Assembly (NCBI GenBank): GCA_028527945.1
Contig: JAQQAK010000013.1
Span: 1 to 34,675, forward strand
Direction of reading: 5' to 3'
DNA length: 34,675 bases
DNA from: Spirochaetaceae bacterium
Lineage (GTDB): Bacteria; Spirochaetota; Spirochaetia; UBA9216
The notes under the pieces: generated by a model
Databases searched by the model: none
Seen by the model: the letters and a program-made list of their open reading frames with translations, nothing else
What the model was told of the DNA's origin: nothing
Made by a program: the position numbers and the translations under genes
Shown here: piece by piece, positions 33,909 through 34,675 of the stretch
Layout of the letters: every line of letters starts with the position of its first letter
Position numbering within the stretch: the first letter of the stretch is position 1

Positions 33909-34405
33909 TGAATGATTTTCAATGGAAATGGAGAGATGAATTTCATCTTGAAGCTCACAAGCATGATTTTCTTGTTCCTGTAGAAAAAATCTTGCAGGAT
34001 ATAAAACCAATTGTTTATGATTTTTTTTCTTCAGCTAAAAAAGATATTAGCGGAGAGCCTGTTTGGTTTCATGAAGATTTTGAGCTTGATTATGAAACAG
34101 GTCTGTCGGGTGTAAAAAAAGTTGCTCCTGATAGTAGTGAGTCTTTCTGGGCATACCGGTTAGGAAGAAAAATTCCTTCTCATTTATGTTTAGGAGAAAA
34201 ACAACCTACAAAGAGTTTGTGCCTTTGGGGAATGTGGATGCCTGAAACTTTTCTGATACATACAATATATGCCGGAACAACTGCTCCCAGAGAAATTCAT
34301 GATCCTGAAATAAGGTTGTCAGAATTACCAGAGGCTATAGATTTTTGGCGTACTCGTGCGTTGATAGTAAAAGAAGGGGAGTTTAGTGAATTGCCTAAGT
34401 TATGA
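33908..34405 (+). CDS. Hypothetical protein (165 aa)
   Basis: TAATG overlap with the upstream permease; globular composition; overlaps the next gene start. Confidence 0.75.
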   Translation: MNDFQWKWRDEFHLEAHKHDFLVPVEKILQDIKPIVYDFFSSAKKDISGEPVWFHEDFELDYETGLSGVKKVAPDSSESFWAYRLGRKIPSHLCLGEKQPTKSLCLWGMWMPETFLIHTIYAGTTAPREIHDPEIRLSELPEAIDFWRTRALIVKEGEFSELPKL

Positions 34406-34675
34406 ATTTCTTGAGTCTTGTATAGACAAAAACTCAAACAATGAAAATATTAAGCACATTGCAATTTTTGATATAGATTCTACTATTATGAATACTGCTC
34501 CAAGAAATATGAAAATATTGGAGGAGCTTTCTGAAGAAATACCTTCTTTAAAACCGGCTCTATCAGGTGTCACAGAAGATGATTTAGGCTGGAACATAGT
34601 CTCCATAATTGAAAAAAAAGTTGATGTATCGCTAAAGCTTAAAGATAAAATATTAGCTTTCTGGAAAGAACGATT
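34386..34675 (+). CDS. HAD superfamily hydrolase/phosphatase (runs off the right edge)
   Basis: Manual translation from GTG 34386 (GGGGAG SD): MNCLSYEFLESCIDKNSNNENIKHIAIFDIDSTIMNTAPRNMKILEEL...FWKER; hhhDxDxT HAD motif I; open to the window end; absent from the ORF track. Confidence 0.82.
   Translation, partial: MNCLSYEFLESCIDKNSNNENIKHIAIFDIDSTIMNTAPRNMKILEELSEEIPSLKPALSGVTEDDLGWNIVSIIEKKVDVSLKLKDKILAFWKER

Noticed and set aside
34400-34606. Minus-strand 68-aa ORF
   Set aside because: Antisense to the HAD hydrolase reading frame, which has a DxDxT motif and SD.

Overview
AT-rich bacterial chromosomal segment, most likely from a free-living spirochaete (class Spirochaetia). This is inferred from the 'VFASGQQE' signal peptide of the sugar-binding protein, a compact Rel enzyme and the type of membrane cyclase cluster. 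It is densely coding: about 24 genes, two of them cut by the window edges and absent from the ORF track (an Hsp20 on the minus strand at the left edge, a HAD hydrolase on the plus strand at the right edge). Housekeeping genes: ychF, trmJ-like, rel, prmC, prfA. Envelope/accessory genes: M16 peptidase, AraC-esterase pair, a three-gene membrane cyclase operon, hemolysin III, DUF212, AKR and Gfo/Idh/MocA oxidoreductases, an atypical PA/M28 protein, alpha-2-macroglobulin with pbpC, and an RpiR-controlled ABC uptake operon. I saw no rRNA, tRNA, CRISPR array, transposase or prophage. The best leads are (1) a cyclase lacking the adenine-specifying Lys that is translationally coupled to two uncharacterised coiled-coil envelope proteins, (2) an unknown 165-aa protein inside the ABC-HAD operon, (3) a sigma-54 promoter with candidate enhancer sites driving the small heat-shock protein, (4) recurrent leaderless promoter architecture, and (5) structured REP/MITE-like intergenic elements around ychF. 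All calls were made by eye; no searches were run.
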